This document shows positions 30,073 through 41,300 of a DNA stretch of 64,000 nt, in pieces. The DNA is taken from the NCBI GenBank assembly GCA_963835575.1, contig CAWIGG010000006.1, positions 224,001 to 288,000 of the forward strand, in the 5' to 3' direction. This stretch comes from an uncultured Spirochaetota bacterium (GTDB lineage: Bacteria > Spirochaetota > Brevinematia > Brevinematales > JAOACQ01). The notes below the pieces were generated by a model that saw only the letters and a list, made by a program, of their open reading frames with translations, did not search any database and had not been told where the DNA came from. The translations under genes were made by a program, and so were the position numbers. Numbering within the stretch: the stretch's first letter is position 1; each line of letters opens with the position of its first letter.

Positions 30073-31526
30073 TAAAACTGGAAAAGCTGATATATGAAAA
30101 ATCATCTGAAGGAAGAAGGGGAATAGCTCTGCCTGAATCTGATCTGCCTGAAGCGCGGAAATTGCCGCAGAATATGATGCGGAAAGAGCCCGCGGCCCTT
30201 CCGGAAGTGAGCGAACCGGATGTTGTCCGGCATTATACGCGCTTGTCCAGGCTTAATTTTTCCGTTGATATGGAATTTTATCCCCTGGGATCATGCACCA
30301 TGAAATATAATCCGAAAATTCTGGAAAAAATAGCTGTTCTGGACGGCTTTAATGAAATGCACCCTCTTGTTTCATATCTGCCGGATGGTGATAAATCGGT
30401 CCAGGGCTCGCTTTCGGTCATTTATGAGCTGGAGGGTCTTCTGGCCGAAATAACCGGTATGGACGCTGTAACAACCGCGCCGATGGCGGGCGCGCATGGC
30501 GAGATGACGGGAATTCTGCTCATCGCGGCCTATCACAAATCAAAAGGAAACCGGAAAAAATACGTCATTGTCCCGGATTCCTCCCATGGGACAAATCCCG
30601 CCAGCGCCGCTATGGCCGGGTATGAGATCATAACCGTTCCCAGCCTTTCAAACGGCGAGATGGATGTAGAGGCACTTAAAAAAGCGCTGAGCCCGGAAAC
30701 CGCCGCCGTGATGATGACATGCCCGAATACTTTGGGGATATTCGAGACAAAAATAAAGGAAATAGCCGATCTGGCTCATTCAGCCGGCGCCCTGATGTAT
30801 TACGACGGGGCGAACCTGAACGCCGTTATGGGAAAAGTCAAGCCCGGCGAAGCGGGGTTTGATGTGGTCCATGTCAATGTCCATAAAACATTCGGGACCC
30901 CGCATGGCGGAGGCGGGCCCGGGGCGGGACCTGTCGGCGTCAAAAAGCCGCTGGCGCATTTACTGCCGGCGCCGAGAGTGATAAAAACGGCTGACGGACA
31001 ATTCCGGCTGGATAAAGTAACAAAAGAAAGCATCGGCAGGGTTTCCCATCTGTTCGGGAATTTCGGAGTGCTTCTCAAAGCCTATGCTTATATTCTCCTT
31101 CTCGGCAGGGAAGGGCTGATACAGGCTTCCGAACTGGCAGTTTTGAGCGCCAATTACATAAAAGAAAAATTAAAAAAATACTACCGCCTTCCTTATGACA
31201 GGCCCTGCATGCATGAATGCGTTTTTTCGGCTGAAAAACAGCTGGCGAAAGGAATTCATGCCATTGATATAGCCAAGAGCCTGATTGACAGGGGTTTTCA
31301 CCCGCCGACGGTATATTTTCCGCTGATCGTTAAGGAAGCGATAATGATCGAGCCGACGGAAACGGAGTCCAAAGAGACACTGGATGAATTTATCGCGGCG
31401 ATGATAGAAATCGCGGAAACGGCGGAGTCCTCACCCGAAAAGCTTCTGGCCGCGCCTCTGACAATGCCGATTACGCGCCTGGACGAGACAAAGGCCGCGC
31501 GCGAAGCAAAAGTGTGCTTCGGATAG
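30069..31526 (+). CDS. gcvPB: Glycine dehydrogenase subunit 2
   Basis: YPLGSCTMKYN, HGTNPASA, NVHKTFGTPHGGGGPG, EPTETE. Confidence 0.97.
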   Translation: MIKLEKLIYEKSSEGRRGIALPESDLPEARKLPQNMMRKEPAALPEVSEPDVVRHYTRLSRLNFSVDMEFYPLGSCTMKYNPKILEKIAVLDGFNEMHPLVSYLPDGDKSVQGSLSVIYELEGLLAEITGMDAVTTAPMAGAHGEMTGILLIAAYHKSKGNRKKYVIVPDSSHGTNPASAAMAGYEIITVPSLSNGEMDVEALKKALSPETAAVMMTCPNTLGIFETKIKEIADLAHSAGALMYYDGANLNAVMGKVKPGEAGFDVVHVNVHKTFGTPHGGGGPGAGPVGVKKPLAHLLPAPRVIKTADGQFRLDKVTKESIGRVSHLFGNFGVLLKAYAYILLLGREGLIQASELAVLSANYIKEKLKKYYRLPYDRPCMHECVFSAEKQLAKGIHAIDIAKSLIDRGFHPPTVYFPLIVKEAIMIEPTETESKETLDEFIAAMIEIAETAESSPEKLLAAPLTMPITRLDETKAAREAKVCFG

Positions 31527-31537
31527 TGAATGAGAAG

Positions 31538-31708
31538 AAAGCCGTCATTGCGAGCGTCCGGCACTGCCCCCGGAACTGATTATAGTGCGAAATCCCCGAT
31601 CAAGTCGGGGATCAGTCTGCGAATATAGATGACTTAACGTGTTGACAGATTGCTTCGCACGAGAAAAATCGGCATAGTATAAAACTGGTTGCTCGCAATG
31701 ACGGCTTT
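31538..31708. repeat. REP-like palindrome (GTCATTGCGAG family), second copy
   Basis: AAAGCCGTCATTGCGAGC ... GCTCGCAATGACGGCTTT with an inner ATCCCCGA/TCGGGGAT hairpin. Confidence 0.82.
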
Positions 31709-31914
31709 GTAATGATATTCTTAGTGTTCAGTAAGCCTTTACAAAAGGTTACCCTGTTCAAAAGAGGATGATTATTTTGAAAATTTTCATTTTCTATATT
31801 AGAATCATATATCGTTTTTTAGGAAACCCTGCGGGTGAGGTGAGAAACCGGATTTAATGAAAACATTATTCCGGGATTTATAACCGCCCATTAATAATTC
31901 CAGGAGGAATTTTT

Positions 31915-32673
31915 ATGATCCCCTTGTCAGCCAATTTCCTCAAAGTGAAAATCAGCCTGACCAACCGCGAAGAACTTAAAGAATGCCTGATCCAGACAAT
32001 CTATGATAAAGAAAGATTCCGGATGCTCCTTCTGGATGAAAAGACAATGTTTTCCGCTCTTTTTAATAAAGAACTGCAGCATATCATCATGCGGACTGAG
32101 GTTGTCGTCTGTTCCTCACAGACAGTGTCCTGGATGGTTAAAATGTTCACGGGCAAAACAGTCCCGATTATAATGCCGGTCACGCTTTTCCTTGACCTGA
32201 TGCGGGCTGCCGATGAAATGAATTACACCGTTTTTCTTTTCGGAGGATCAAAAAATGTATCAATGGAAACCATCAAACGGATCCGCAAGTCATTTCCGCA
32301 GGCGAGGATTGTCGGCAGCTACCGCTCCAATATCAAAAGCCAGGAGCTTCAGGATGTTCTGATCACGATCCGTAAAAGCTCGCCTCAAATATTCATCGCC
32401 AGCTACAGTTCCGGGCCGAAACAGGAAAAATGGATAACCAAAAACCTGCCATATTACCAGAATTCAGTCGTTACAGGCGTCGGCAATTCTTTTAAAGTGA
32501 TTGCGGGCAAGAAAAAAATGCCGCCCATCTGGTTCCAGAAAAAAGGCTGGAACGGCTTTTATACTTTTCTGACCCATCCCTATAATATAGTCCGGCTTTT
32601 CCGCATTATTTTTCTGTTCGCGCTGACAGTCTATTATAAGATAAAAAGCAAGTTTAAGAGAGGGAGGAAATGA
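31915..32673 (+). CDS. WecB/TagA/CpsF-family glycosyltransferase (divergent)
   Basis: VFLFGG, FPQARIVG, PKQEKWI, GVGNSF, P.WFQKKG. Confidence 0.75.
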   Translation: MIPLSANFLKVKISLTNREELKECLIQTIYDKERFRMLLLDEKTMFSALFNKELQHIIMRTEVVVCSSQTVSWMVKMFTGKTVPIIMPVTLFLDLMRAADEMNYTVFLFGGSKNVSMETIKRIRKSFPQARIVGSYRSNIKSQELQDVLITIRKSSPQIFIASYSSGPKQEKWITKNLPYYQNSVVTGVGNSFKVIAGKKKMPPIWFQKKGWNGFYTFLTHPYNIVRLFRIIFLFALTVYYKIKSKFKRGRK

Positions 32674-33713
32674 CGCAGATAGTCAGGACAGTTTATCTCG
32701 AAAACGACAGGCTTTTTATAATAGATCAAAGGCTACTTCCGAAGGAAGAAAGTTATCTGGAGCTTAAAAACGAGGAAGAGGTTTATCAGGCCATCAAAAC
32801 CCTGGCGGTTCGGGGCGCGCCCGCGATCGGCGTAACAGCGGCATACGGCGCTTATGTTTCCGTCAGGAATTATTTAAATATGAAAAGTTTCCCTGAATTT
32901 AAAAAAAAGGCCGAAGCCATCCTGAAGCGGCTGGGGCAAAGCCGTCCTACGGCATATAATCTTTTTTACGCTCTGGGCAGGCTGAGGGAGATTTTAAAGA
33001 AAAGCGGCAGTAAAGAGGACCTTCAGAGGAAATGGAAAAAAGAATCGCTTCAGATTCACAGGGAAGATTTAGAGAAATCGGAGAATATCGCGGTCTTCGG
33101 CAATGAAATAATACCTGAAAAGGCGAAGATCATCACGCACTGCAACGCGGGCGGATTGGCGACAGGCGGCGGCGGGACCGCCCTTGCCGTTATTTTCAGG
33201 GCTTTCAGGGAAAAGAAAGGGATTTTTGTTTATACGGATGAGACAAGGCCGCTCCTGCAGGGCTCAAGGCTGACGGCCTGGGAGCTTGAAAAAACAGGCG
33301 TCCAGTACGAGATTATCTGCGACAACATGGCCGCTTCGGTGATGGCCGTTAAAGGTATTGATCTTGTTCTGGTCGGCGCGGACCGGATCGCCCGGAACGG
33401 CGATTTCGCGAATAAAATCGGCACATATTCCCTGGCTGTGCTCGCGCATTACCATGGGGTCCCGTTTTATACCGCGGCGCCGTTGTCCACATTTGATCTT
33501 TCCATCGAAAGCGGTTTAAAAATACCGATTGAACAAAGGGACAAAAATGAGGTCCTGCGTTGCGGCGGGAATGAGACAGCCCCTCTGAATGCGCATGCTT
33601 ATAATCCCGCGTTTGATGTCACTCCGCACCGGCTGTTGACGGGGATAATAACAGAACATGGGATCATTTATCCGCCATTTGCGACAAATATCCCTAAAAT
33701 ATTAAACAGGTAA
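32670..33713 (+). CDS. mtnA: S-methyl-5-thioribose-1-phosphate isomerase
   Basis: VRGAPAIG, SRPTAYNL, THCNAG, DETRPLLQGSRLT, GADRI, ANKIGTY, NPAFDVTP. Confidence 0.95.
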   Translation: MTQIVRTVYLENDRLFIIDQRLLPKEESYLELKNEEEVYQAIKTLAVRGAPAIGVTAAYGAYVSVRNYLNMKSFPEFKKKAEAILKRLGQSRPTAYNLFYALGRLREILKKSGSKEDLQRKWKKESLQIHREDLEKSENIAVFGNEIIPEKAKIITHCNAGGLATGGGGTALAVIFRAFREKKGIFVYTDETRPLLQGSRLTAWELEKTGVQYEIICDNMAASVMAVKGIDLVLVGADRIARNGDFANKIGTYSLAVLAHYHGVPFYTAAPLSTFDLSIESGLKIPIEQRDKNEVLRCGGNETAPLNAHAYNPAFDVTPHRLLTGIITEHGIIYPPFATNIPKILNR

Positions 33714-33718
33714 AAAAT

Positions 33719-34873
33719 ATGGCTTTTTTTAAGAAAAATAATATTGATCTCGGGATCATCATTGGCGAAAACAGCTATAATTTTCTCTCGTTTGATGAAT
33801 ACGCGGAGCATTTTCTTCTGCCTTATTCGCCCCGTTTCTGCAATATAGATTTTGCCATCAGTTCGGTCTCGACGATCCAGCTTCAGCATGTCGTGGTTTT
33901 TGTAAAAAGGGACAAGGATATCGTTCTCAATTATCTTGTCAAGGGCTGGCCCTTTATAAAATTCTATGTGTTCGATTACCTGGATATCGCTGAGAAATTT
34001 GGGCAGTTCCTGATGGATTTTTCAAAGGAGAATTCCCTGCAGAGCATCATCATCATGAAGGGCAATTATCCCATCTGGTTTGATATGAAAACGCTGAAAA
34101 GCGAACTTGAGACCACTCCCAATATCGCGATAAAAACAAAATACGCTATGAAGAATTATTTCTGCGGCCTGGTTGTGGAAAAAGACATCTTCATTAAAAA
34201 ATATGAAAGTCTTTTTCTTGATGAATCCAATCTTGACGTGGACATAATCCAGAAAATCATAAAGGAATTCAATATCCGCTCTGTTGACGCGAAAGGCTAC
34301 ATTATGCCTTTCAAAAGCCTGAAGGAATATTATGACGTCCATCTGAGTATGATCGATGATTACCTGATGCTGGATAACTATAACGCTTATGTGCCAATAC
34401 GGGGGGATATTACCTCAGTCAGCTCTTCTTCGCTGGGGCGCGGATCTCATATCACCAATTCAATCGTGGGCGAGAATGTGGAAATCCATGGAAAAGTCGA
34501 AAACTCGGTGATCTTTTCCAATGTCCGCATTGATAAACATGCCGTTATAAAAAATTCGCTGGTCCTGCCCGGGCATCATATCGGGCATAATGCCTTTATC
34601 GTCAATTCAATCATTGATGAATATTCAGAAGACAGCACCCTTCCCACCATAGAGCCGCACGCTTCCATCGGCAGCGAAAATGCGACGAAGGTTAATAAGG
34701 CTTTCAAGGAAATACTCAACTTCGGCGTCACTTTAATCGGAAAGGATGTCAAGGTCCCCGCGGGCATGAAAATCGGCGGGAACTGTTATATCGACAGTTT
34801 TATTTCTGTCTCCACACTTAAACAGGAAAGGTTTCTGAAAGACGGGGAAGTTCTTGTGAGGGAAAAATCATAA
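33719..34873 (+). CDS. GlgC/GlgD-like protein with a degenerate nucleotidyltransferase domain and left-handed beta-helix
   Basis: C-terminal NSIVG, GKVENSVIF, IKNSLV hexapeptide repeats; N-terminus lacks GGxGxRL. Confidence 0.65.
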   Translation: MAFFKKNNIDLGIIIGENSYNFLSFDEYAEHFLLPYSPRFCNIDFAISSVSTIQLQHVVVFVKRDKDIVLNYLVKGWPFIKFYVFDYLDIAEKFGQFLMDFSKENSLQSIIIMKGNYPIWFDMKTLKSELETTPNIAIKTKYAMKNYFCGLVVEKDIFIKKYESLFLDESNLDVDIIQKIIKEFNIRSVDAKGYIMPFKSLKEYYDVHLSMIDDYLMLDNYNAYVPIRGDITSVSSSSLGRGSHITNSIVGENVEIHGKVENSVIFSNVRIDKHAVIKNSLVLPGHHIGHNAFIVNSIIDEYSEDSTLPTIEPHASIGSENATKVNKAFKEILNFGVTLIGKDVKVPAGMKIGGNCYIDSFISVSTLKQERFLKDGEVLVREKS

Positions 34874-36145
34874 AGGAAAGACGGTTTTTCCTCCGGCGAT
34901 CGTATATTCGACGCAGCCTGAAAATCTCATCCCCAGGAAAGCGCTGTTTTTTGAGCGCGAAATCATATTTTCTTTTTTTATCTCAAAACTTTTATCAGGA
35001 TCGAACAGAGTCAGTGACGCTGTTCCTCCTGTTTCCAGGCGCCCTGATTCTATTCCCAGGATCCGCGCCGGCTGCAGGGTGATAAGCTTCAGCCAGTCTA
35101 ATATATTCACCTTCTTTTTTTTAACAAGATGCGTGTATGTCGAGGCCAGGAAGGTTTCGAACCCGATGGCGCCGAACGGCGCTTTCTCAAACGGCAGATT
35201 CTTTTCCTTTTCAGAATGAGGGGCGTGGTCAGTGGCCAGCGCGTCGATGATGCCGTTTATTACGGCCTCTTCTATGGCTTTTCTATCTTGTTCCGGCCGG
35301 AGCGGCGGGTTCATTTTTTTATCCGGGTCAAGCTTTTTTAAAAGTATGCTTTCCGAAAGCAGAAGATGGTGCGGCGTGCAGTCGCATGTAATGAGACCCG
35401 GATAATAATCTTTCAGCGCCCGGACAGCTTCTATGGACTTCTGCGTGGAGACATGGGTGAAATGCACCCTTGCCCCTGTCATGCCCGCGATGGTCCCGAG
35501 GCTCCAGATCGCAAGGCTTTCCGCTTCCGCGGGCTGGCCGGGCAGGGAATATTTTTTAGAAGCGGCGCCGTAACTCAACGGTCTATTTTTTGAAAGGGCG
35601 CGGACTTCCGGGTGTTCGATCAGAAGTGCCTTAGCATGTTTCGCCGCCAGACAGATTTTTTCCATCACTTCAAAGTCCTGCGCGCTCGAGCCGTCGTCGC
35701 TGAAAGCGGCGCAGCCGGCCTTTTTATTCCGGAAGAAATCCACAGGCTCAAGCCCAAGCCTGCCTTTCGTCATGCAGGACGCGAAAAGCATCCTGATTAC
35801 TGAATCCCGGGCCGCTATTTCTTTGAGCCCGGCTATAAGCCGGGGATTATCAACCGGAGGCTTTGTGTTCGGCATGGCCAGGACGGTCGTGATGCCTCCC
35901 TTTGCCGCGGCGCGCGAACCCGTACCTATTGTTTCTTTATGGGTCTCGCCCGGTTCCCTGAGGTGGGCATGCAGATCGATCAGGCCCGGGATCACAAATA
36001 AGCCCCTGGCTTCTATGACAGGCTCATTTTTTTCTTCTATATTATGAGCAATTTTTTTTATTCTGTCTTTGACTATTAAAATATCCAGTTTTTTGCCGTC
36101 TATTTTATTCCTGCAGTCGAAAACAATGCCGTTTTTTATGATCAT
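34868..36145 (-). CDS. pyrC: Dihydroorotase
   Basis: PGLIDLHAHLREPG, MPNTKP, SDDG, KMNPPLR, ATDHAPH. Confidence 0.93.
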   Translation of the reverse strand: MIIKNGIVFDCRNKIDGKKLDILIVKDRIKKIAHNIEEKNEPVIEARGLFVIPGLIDLHAHLREPGETHKETIGTGSRAAAKGGITTVLAMPNTKPPVDNPRLIAGLKEIAARDSVIRMLFASCMTKGRLGLEPVDFFRNKKAGCAAFSDDGSSAQDFEVMEKICLAAKHAKALLIEHPEVRALSKNRPLSYGAASKKYSLPGQPAEAESLAIWSLGTIAGMTGARVHFTHVSTQKSIEAVRALKDYYPGLITCDCTPHHLLLSESILLKKLDPDKKMNPPLRPEQDRKAIEEAVINGIIDALATDHAPHSEKEKNLPFEKAPFGAIGFETFLASTYTHLVKKKKVNILDWLKLITLQPARILGIESGRLETGGTASLTLFDPDKSFEIKKENMISRSKNSAFLGMRFSGCVEYTIAGGKTVFPL

Positions 36146-36165
36146 AAGACATCCCCGCTTGTTAA

Positions 36166-37254
36166 TTACCAGAGATTATAAACCCTTTCCGGCGAATCCG
36201 GGTTCCCGGTCTCGTCAAAATATTTGGCCTTTTCAATGGGAATATAAATCTTAATCCGCTCTTTTTTTTCGACAGGATAGTCCAGAGGCGCTTCCACGCC
36301 GAATAGTTCACCATTTTTTTCGATAAAAATGATTTTCCTGCCGTCCTGTATGAAATTCTCAATGAATGAAACCTCTCCCTCGAGCTCGATGGAATCATCC
36401 ATTTTTTTCAGCCGGCATTCGTCCGGCCGGATTGTCAGAGTGTAGGCTATCCTGCTGTTCGTCAGGTATTTAACCTCTTCGGCAGGCAGTATGTTGTTTG
36501 TCTTTTCTCCAATAATAGTTGAGACAAAAAGCGTTTTTGGGTTGTCGTAAAGCTCCTGGTAAGTTCCTACCTGCTCAACAATCCCTTTCTGCATCACGGC
36601 GATATTATCGGAAATTTCCCCGATCTCCATTTGATTATGGGAAACGTAAACGGCCGTGATGTTGTTTTCTTTAATCATCTTCCTGAGATTATGGCGGATT
36701 TCAGTACGCAGGCTGTCTTCAATGTTCGAGAGCGGCTCGTCCAGCAGCAGTATTTTAGGGCAGGATATAACGGCTTTTCCGATGGCTATCCTCTGCCTTT
36801 CCCCCAGTGAAGTGTACCGGGGAAATTTATTCAAAAGCATCTCCTCATCTATATGCAGGAGACTTGCCACCTTTTCTATTTCAATAGAATGATGTGATTT
36901 ATCCCTGGATGTATGAAGAAGGACCGGAAAATTAATATTTTTCAAATTCGTCATATGAGGGTATAAGACAAAGTCCTGGAAGACGATCGAAATGCCGCGT
37001 TTAAACGGCGGATCTCTGGTGATGTCTTTTTCCTCTAAATATATCTCGCCGGCCTCGGGAAAAACAAGCCCGGCAATTATTTTTAGCAGTATTGTCTTTC
37101 CGCAGCCGCTCGGGCCGACAATGCCGAAGATCTCCCCTTCGTTGATATTAAGGCTGATATCATGAAGAATCTGTTTAGAATTTCTGGAAAAAGAGAAAAT
37201 ACTTTTTAAATTAAACTCGAAGACATGAATATGATGAAGCTTTAAATAAAACAT
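36166..37254 (-). CDS. MalK/PotA-like ABC transporter ATP-binding protein
   Basis: Walker A GPSGCGKT, VFQDFVLYPHM, signature variant TSLGERQR, LLLDEPL, C-terminal TOBE-like region. Confidence 0.88.
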   Translation of the reverse strand: MFYLKLHHIHVFEFNLKSIFSFSRNSKQILHDISLNINEGEIFGIVGPSGCGKTILLKIIAGLVFPEAGEIYLEEKDITRDPPFKRGISIVFQDFVLYPHMTNLKNINFPVLLHTSRDKSHHSIEIEKVASLLHIDEEMLLNKFPRYTSLGERQRIAIGKAVISCPKILLLDEPLSNIEDSLRTEIRHNLRKMIKENNITAVYVSHNQMEIGEISDNIAVMQKGIVEQVGTYQELYDNPKTLFVSTIIGEKTNNILPAEEVKYLTNSRIAYTLTIRPDECRLKKMDDSIELEGEVSFIENFIQDGRKIIFIEKNGELFGVEAPLDYPVEKKERIKIYIPIEKAKYFDETGNPDSPERVYNLW

Positions 37255-37384
37255 AGGGGCCCTTTTTTTTTATTTATAGTCATTTCCAAAAACCCGGGAT
37301 TTTGAATCTGTCCTTATTATATATATTTTAATGATACTTTTCAATATAAATAGGGCTTAATGAAAAAATAAGAATTTCAACACA

Positions 37385-37450
37385 AAGTCCGTCCCTCACC
37401 AGTTTACCGGGTTGCACCGGGGAATCAAGCAAACTGGTGAGGGACGACTT
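37385..37450 (-). repeat. Structured hairpin motif, copy A (CCCTCACCA...TGGTGAGGG family)
   Basis: 15-bp perfect stem GTCCCTCACCAGTTT/AAACTGGTGAGGGAC with bulge and apical hairpin. Confidence 0.7.
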
Positions 37451-37757
37451 CTTTTATTAAGTGCTAACAATATGCATTTTAAAATACAAGGATTTTTTCA
37501 TATTGGTACAATATCCTTACACTTATTTAATCTGAAATAAAGTTAATTAATTTAATAATAAATTATGACTTATTCGGCAAATCCTTAATAACGTTCACTT
37601 TTTTATACACATGGATATTATACGTCCGGAGTATTTGATGAAAACCCGGATTTGAATTACCGTGGCGAGTTGATGAACGGAGTAAAACATGCGGGAATCG
37701 TTCCACTTCGGATTAATCCCAAATTGAGCGATACTTAAAGCAAAAGCTTATAAATAG

Positions 37758-37809
37758 CCCCTCATCAGTGTGTTATGCCAAACTGTTGTTACAGACAGCT
37801 GGTGAGTGG
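37758..37809 (+). repeat. Structured hairpin motif, copy B (degenerate)
   Basis: CTCATCAG/CTGGTGAG stem, 5'-side bulge, CTGT-TGTT-ACAG apical hairpin. Confidence 0.5.
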
Positions 37810-37962
37810 AATTATCGATATTATAAATAAAAATATTTTAGCCAGGCAGTTCGGGTTAATTTTTAATTAAGGTTAATCCCGGTTAATATTGGCACTGCTT
37901 TTGCTAATAAGTATTTGAAAATGCCGATAATTTACATGTGATTTCCTGTATGGAGGCATAAT

Positions 37963-38340
37963 ATGAAAGAGACTTTTTCTCTCCTGGAAAAGGACGACAA
38001 AACTTATAATTATGTCAAACAGTATTACAAGGTTATAAAAGAAGGACATTCTCCTATGATAGTCGATGCGTACATTCAGAAAAATGAAATAGAAAGGCAT
38101 CTCTGCCTGAAATGCGTAGACCCTGATGATCAGAAATCCATATGCGAATGGATCCAGTGCTACAGCTCAAGCTTCCGTTCCTATCTAAATTCGCTGAAAA
38201 TGCTGGCGCTGTCGATCTTTTTTATGAATAAATATCAATCCCTGATCCCTGCAGAAACCCTCAGTTTTGAGCTTTTCTGCCGGGCCGTCAATATCTGGAA
38301 TGAAAGGAAAGAAGAAGTAGTGGATTCTATATTTATCTAA
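37963..38340 (+). CDS. Hypothetical protein
   Basis: GGAGG RBS, 125 aa; no family confidently recognised. Confidence 0.7.
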   Translation: MKETFSLLEKDDKTYNYVKQYYKVIKEGHSPMIVDAYIQKNEIERHLCLKCVDPDDQKSICEWIQCYSSSFRSYLNSLKMLALSIFFMNKYQSLIPAETLSFELFCRAVNIWNERKEEVVDSIFI

Positions 38341-38386
38341 GCCGGCAGCCTGCTGATTATTTCAGAGAGATTTATCTGACAGCTCT

Positions 38387-41300
38387 TTAATATTCGACGT
38401 TTAATTTATCCCTTCGGAGGCATGCCTTTGTATAGGGGCAGAATCCGCATTTCTTATCCGATTCTGTCTTTATCGAAGAACCTTCCTGATAAAAACGCCG
38501 GTAAAATCCGAGTATTTCCTCCTGATAATCTGTTTCCAGTGTAAACGGCAGGAAATTACCGTCCCTGATAAAATCAAAAACAGTTTCAATCTCGGTTTTC
38601 TTCTGGGCCCAGATTTTTTCAAAAGTGTTACCGGCAGATTTGTTATTATCAGTGGCCGCCTTAATTTTACAGGGATAGGGAAGGACATCCATTTTTTTGA
38701 ATGGACCCTCTTTTTCTATCGATACATAGGATATTTTTTCCACAGGCTTCCCGAGCGACCAGGCGTATATAAAGCCCTGAAAGAGTTTGAGAGGAATAAG
38801 GAAATCCCCTTTGTAATGATAAACATTGCCGCTTTTATAGTCCATAATGCGGAAGCTTTCACCATTTTCCCCTTCCTTTACATCAATTCTGTCGATACTG
38901 CCGTTTACAGGAAGGGCGGTTCCACCTTCCAGCTCAAGCTTTGCATTGATGGCGAATTCTGTTTCAACCGGTTTTAAATCCCGCAGGCATTGAGCGTCAT
39001 AGTCTATAAAGTTTCTGAGGATCCTGCGGTAATATTCTTTTTCAATGCTGAAAAGGCCCTGCTCCCCTTCCCGGTTCATGAATTCATTGAAATTATTTTC
39101 CACGCATTCATCCAGGACATTCCGGATTTCATTCCTGTGATTAATAAGATAGTCCCGGGGAAAGTCAGCGGTTTTTTCGATATATTCCTTCAGAACGGCA
39201 TGGTAAAAACTCCCCTTGAATGATGATTTGATTTTCTGGGAAGGATAGGCTTCCTCCCGGATGCCGAAGAGATATTTCAAGAGGAATAAATACCGGCAGT
39301 TGCCGAAAGTTTCCAGGCGCGAGCTGCTGAATATCATTTTATTGAGCTTACTTTGCGCCCAATCGCGGTTTAATCTGTTGGAGGGGGAATCCTCGTCAAA
39401 TTCAAGGCCGCCGAAATAACTCCTGCCGGTGGAAAGGCTTTTTAAAGTCTCTCTATCATCAGTTCTTACGCCTTCATAAATATCATTAAAAGCGCTGATG
39501 ATCTGATAATAGGAGCGCATTTTGCGGACGTCCTGATATATTGTATTTTCCAGCAGGATTTTTTTCTGCAGATTATTCTCAAGCAGGTCAAAATCATGCG
39601 ACAGGAGGCTGTTCATATCATAGAGGTCCATCCACTGTTCCGAAGGAACAATTTCAAAAAAGGAATCCTCTTCCTGAGTACCGTTTTTTTGTCCTTCAAT
39701 CAGTCTCAGCATTGCCGTAAGATAAAGAGAGGGCAATATCTCCCTTCCGGATTCATCATAGGGCGTTGTGCTGAGATACAGCCGCTCCCGGCATCTGGAT
39801 ATTGAGACGGCGAAATCCAGCCTTTCTGAAACGCTCCTTTTTTCTTCATCCTGGAATATGGCCCTGGAGGCGGTTTCGTTGACCCTCTTTTTCTCGGCCC
39901 CGTTCAAGAGCGAAAGGGATACCCCGCCGGGGAATTCCCCTTCATTAAGCCCGGCTATGAAAACGGCCCGGCTTGAGCTTTCCCTGATATCGAAAGGAGC
40001 GCCTATTTTCACGGCTTCCAGCGGATAATACTGAAAGCGGTATGTGACGTTCTGGACCAGGTTTTCAAACATCTGGAAAAATTCAAGCCTTGAAAAATCC
40101 TCCCTTCCCAGTATCCTGAGGGATTTTTTTAAAGAGAGCAGTGTGTCCTTTAATTTTCTGAACGCCGTGAATTCCTTTACCGCGATCAGGCTGCCGGCGG
40201 CCGCTTCTGAATTGAGAACTTCCCTGATCCCGAATCCGCTGATGAGGCCGGAAAGCCATTCAATAAAGCCGTCGATGCTTGTTTTTTCAGAAGGCAGAAA
40301 AATGATTGACAGGAATTGTCCCATTATTTTTTTCATTTCCATGGCTTCATTGATCTTCCGGTCCAATTCATCAGGGGTATAATCCCCTTCATCATCATAA
40401 AGGAAAAGATTATTCCGCATTTCCTTATAATATTTGATTTTCGCGTCAAAAGCTTTTTCCCATGATTCTTTATTCCCCCTGAAATATGAAGAGAGCACAC
40501 CGGTCAATCCCGCCAGGGTTTTAAAATTTTTATTGGACATAAAGTTTGAGTTGACAATGCTTAAGATTTGAACGCTGTCAACGGCGTTTTCTCTCATGAC
40601 GCATTCGCAGATATAAAAGATGTAGATAATAACGGGATTTTCCTTTAACGGCTCATCATGCGTATTATAGAAAGGGATCTGAAAACGTCCGAAAACGCTC
40701 TTGATACTGCTTCGATAGGCTTCCATATTCGGGATGATCATTGTCACATCATTATAACTGTAGTTTTCCATAATTTTGAGGCGCTTTATTTCATGAGCTA
40801 TTTTCTCAATCTCCCTGTATTTACCGAAAGCTTTTATGACTGATATCCGGGCTTCCGTTGGGATATTTTGAATAGCGCCGGACAGGAGGGATTTCGAAAT
40901 CTCCGCAAAAGGGTTTCCGCCTTCTTCAAGTGTTATGACTTCAATTTTAAAATTCTTATTGAAATCCTCGAAGGTTTTTTCCAGGAGAGGGTAAGCCGGG
41001 CCGGGAAGGGTGAGAAAAACTTTTTTATTCTGCTTTTCAAAAACACCGATCAGGGCTTTAATCAGCTCGAATTCAACGGACGTAAAATCAAAAAAACCGT
41101 CAATGGCCAGCATGGAACAGGAAGAAAAAATTGTGTTGTTTTTTATTTCCTTCGCGGTTTCCATAAAAAGCCTGTAACTGTCGCACAGGCCTTTATTCAT
41201 TAACCTTTCTTCATACTGTTCGAATATAGTGTATATATCTTTCCATTTCTCCGCTTCTCTGCCGGTTTTTTTCATGGCGCTGTTTTTTATTTTTTCATAA

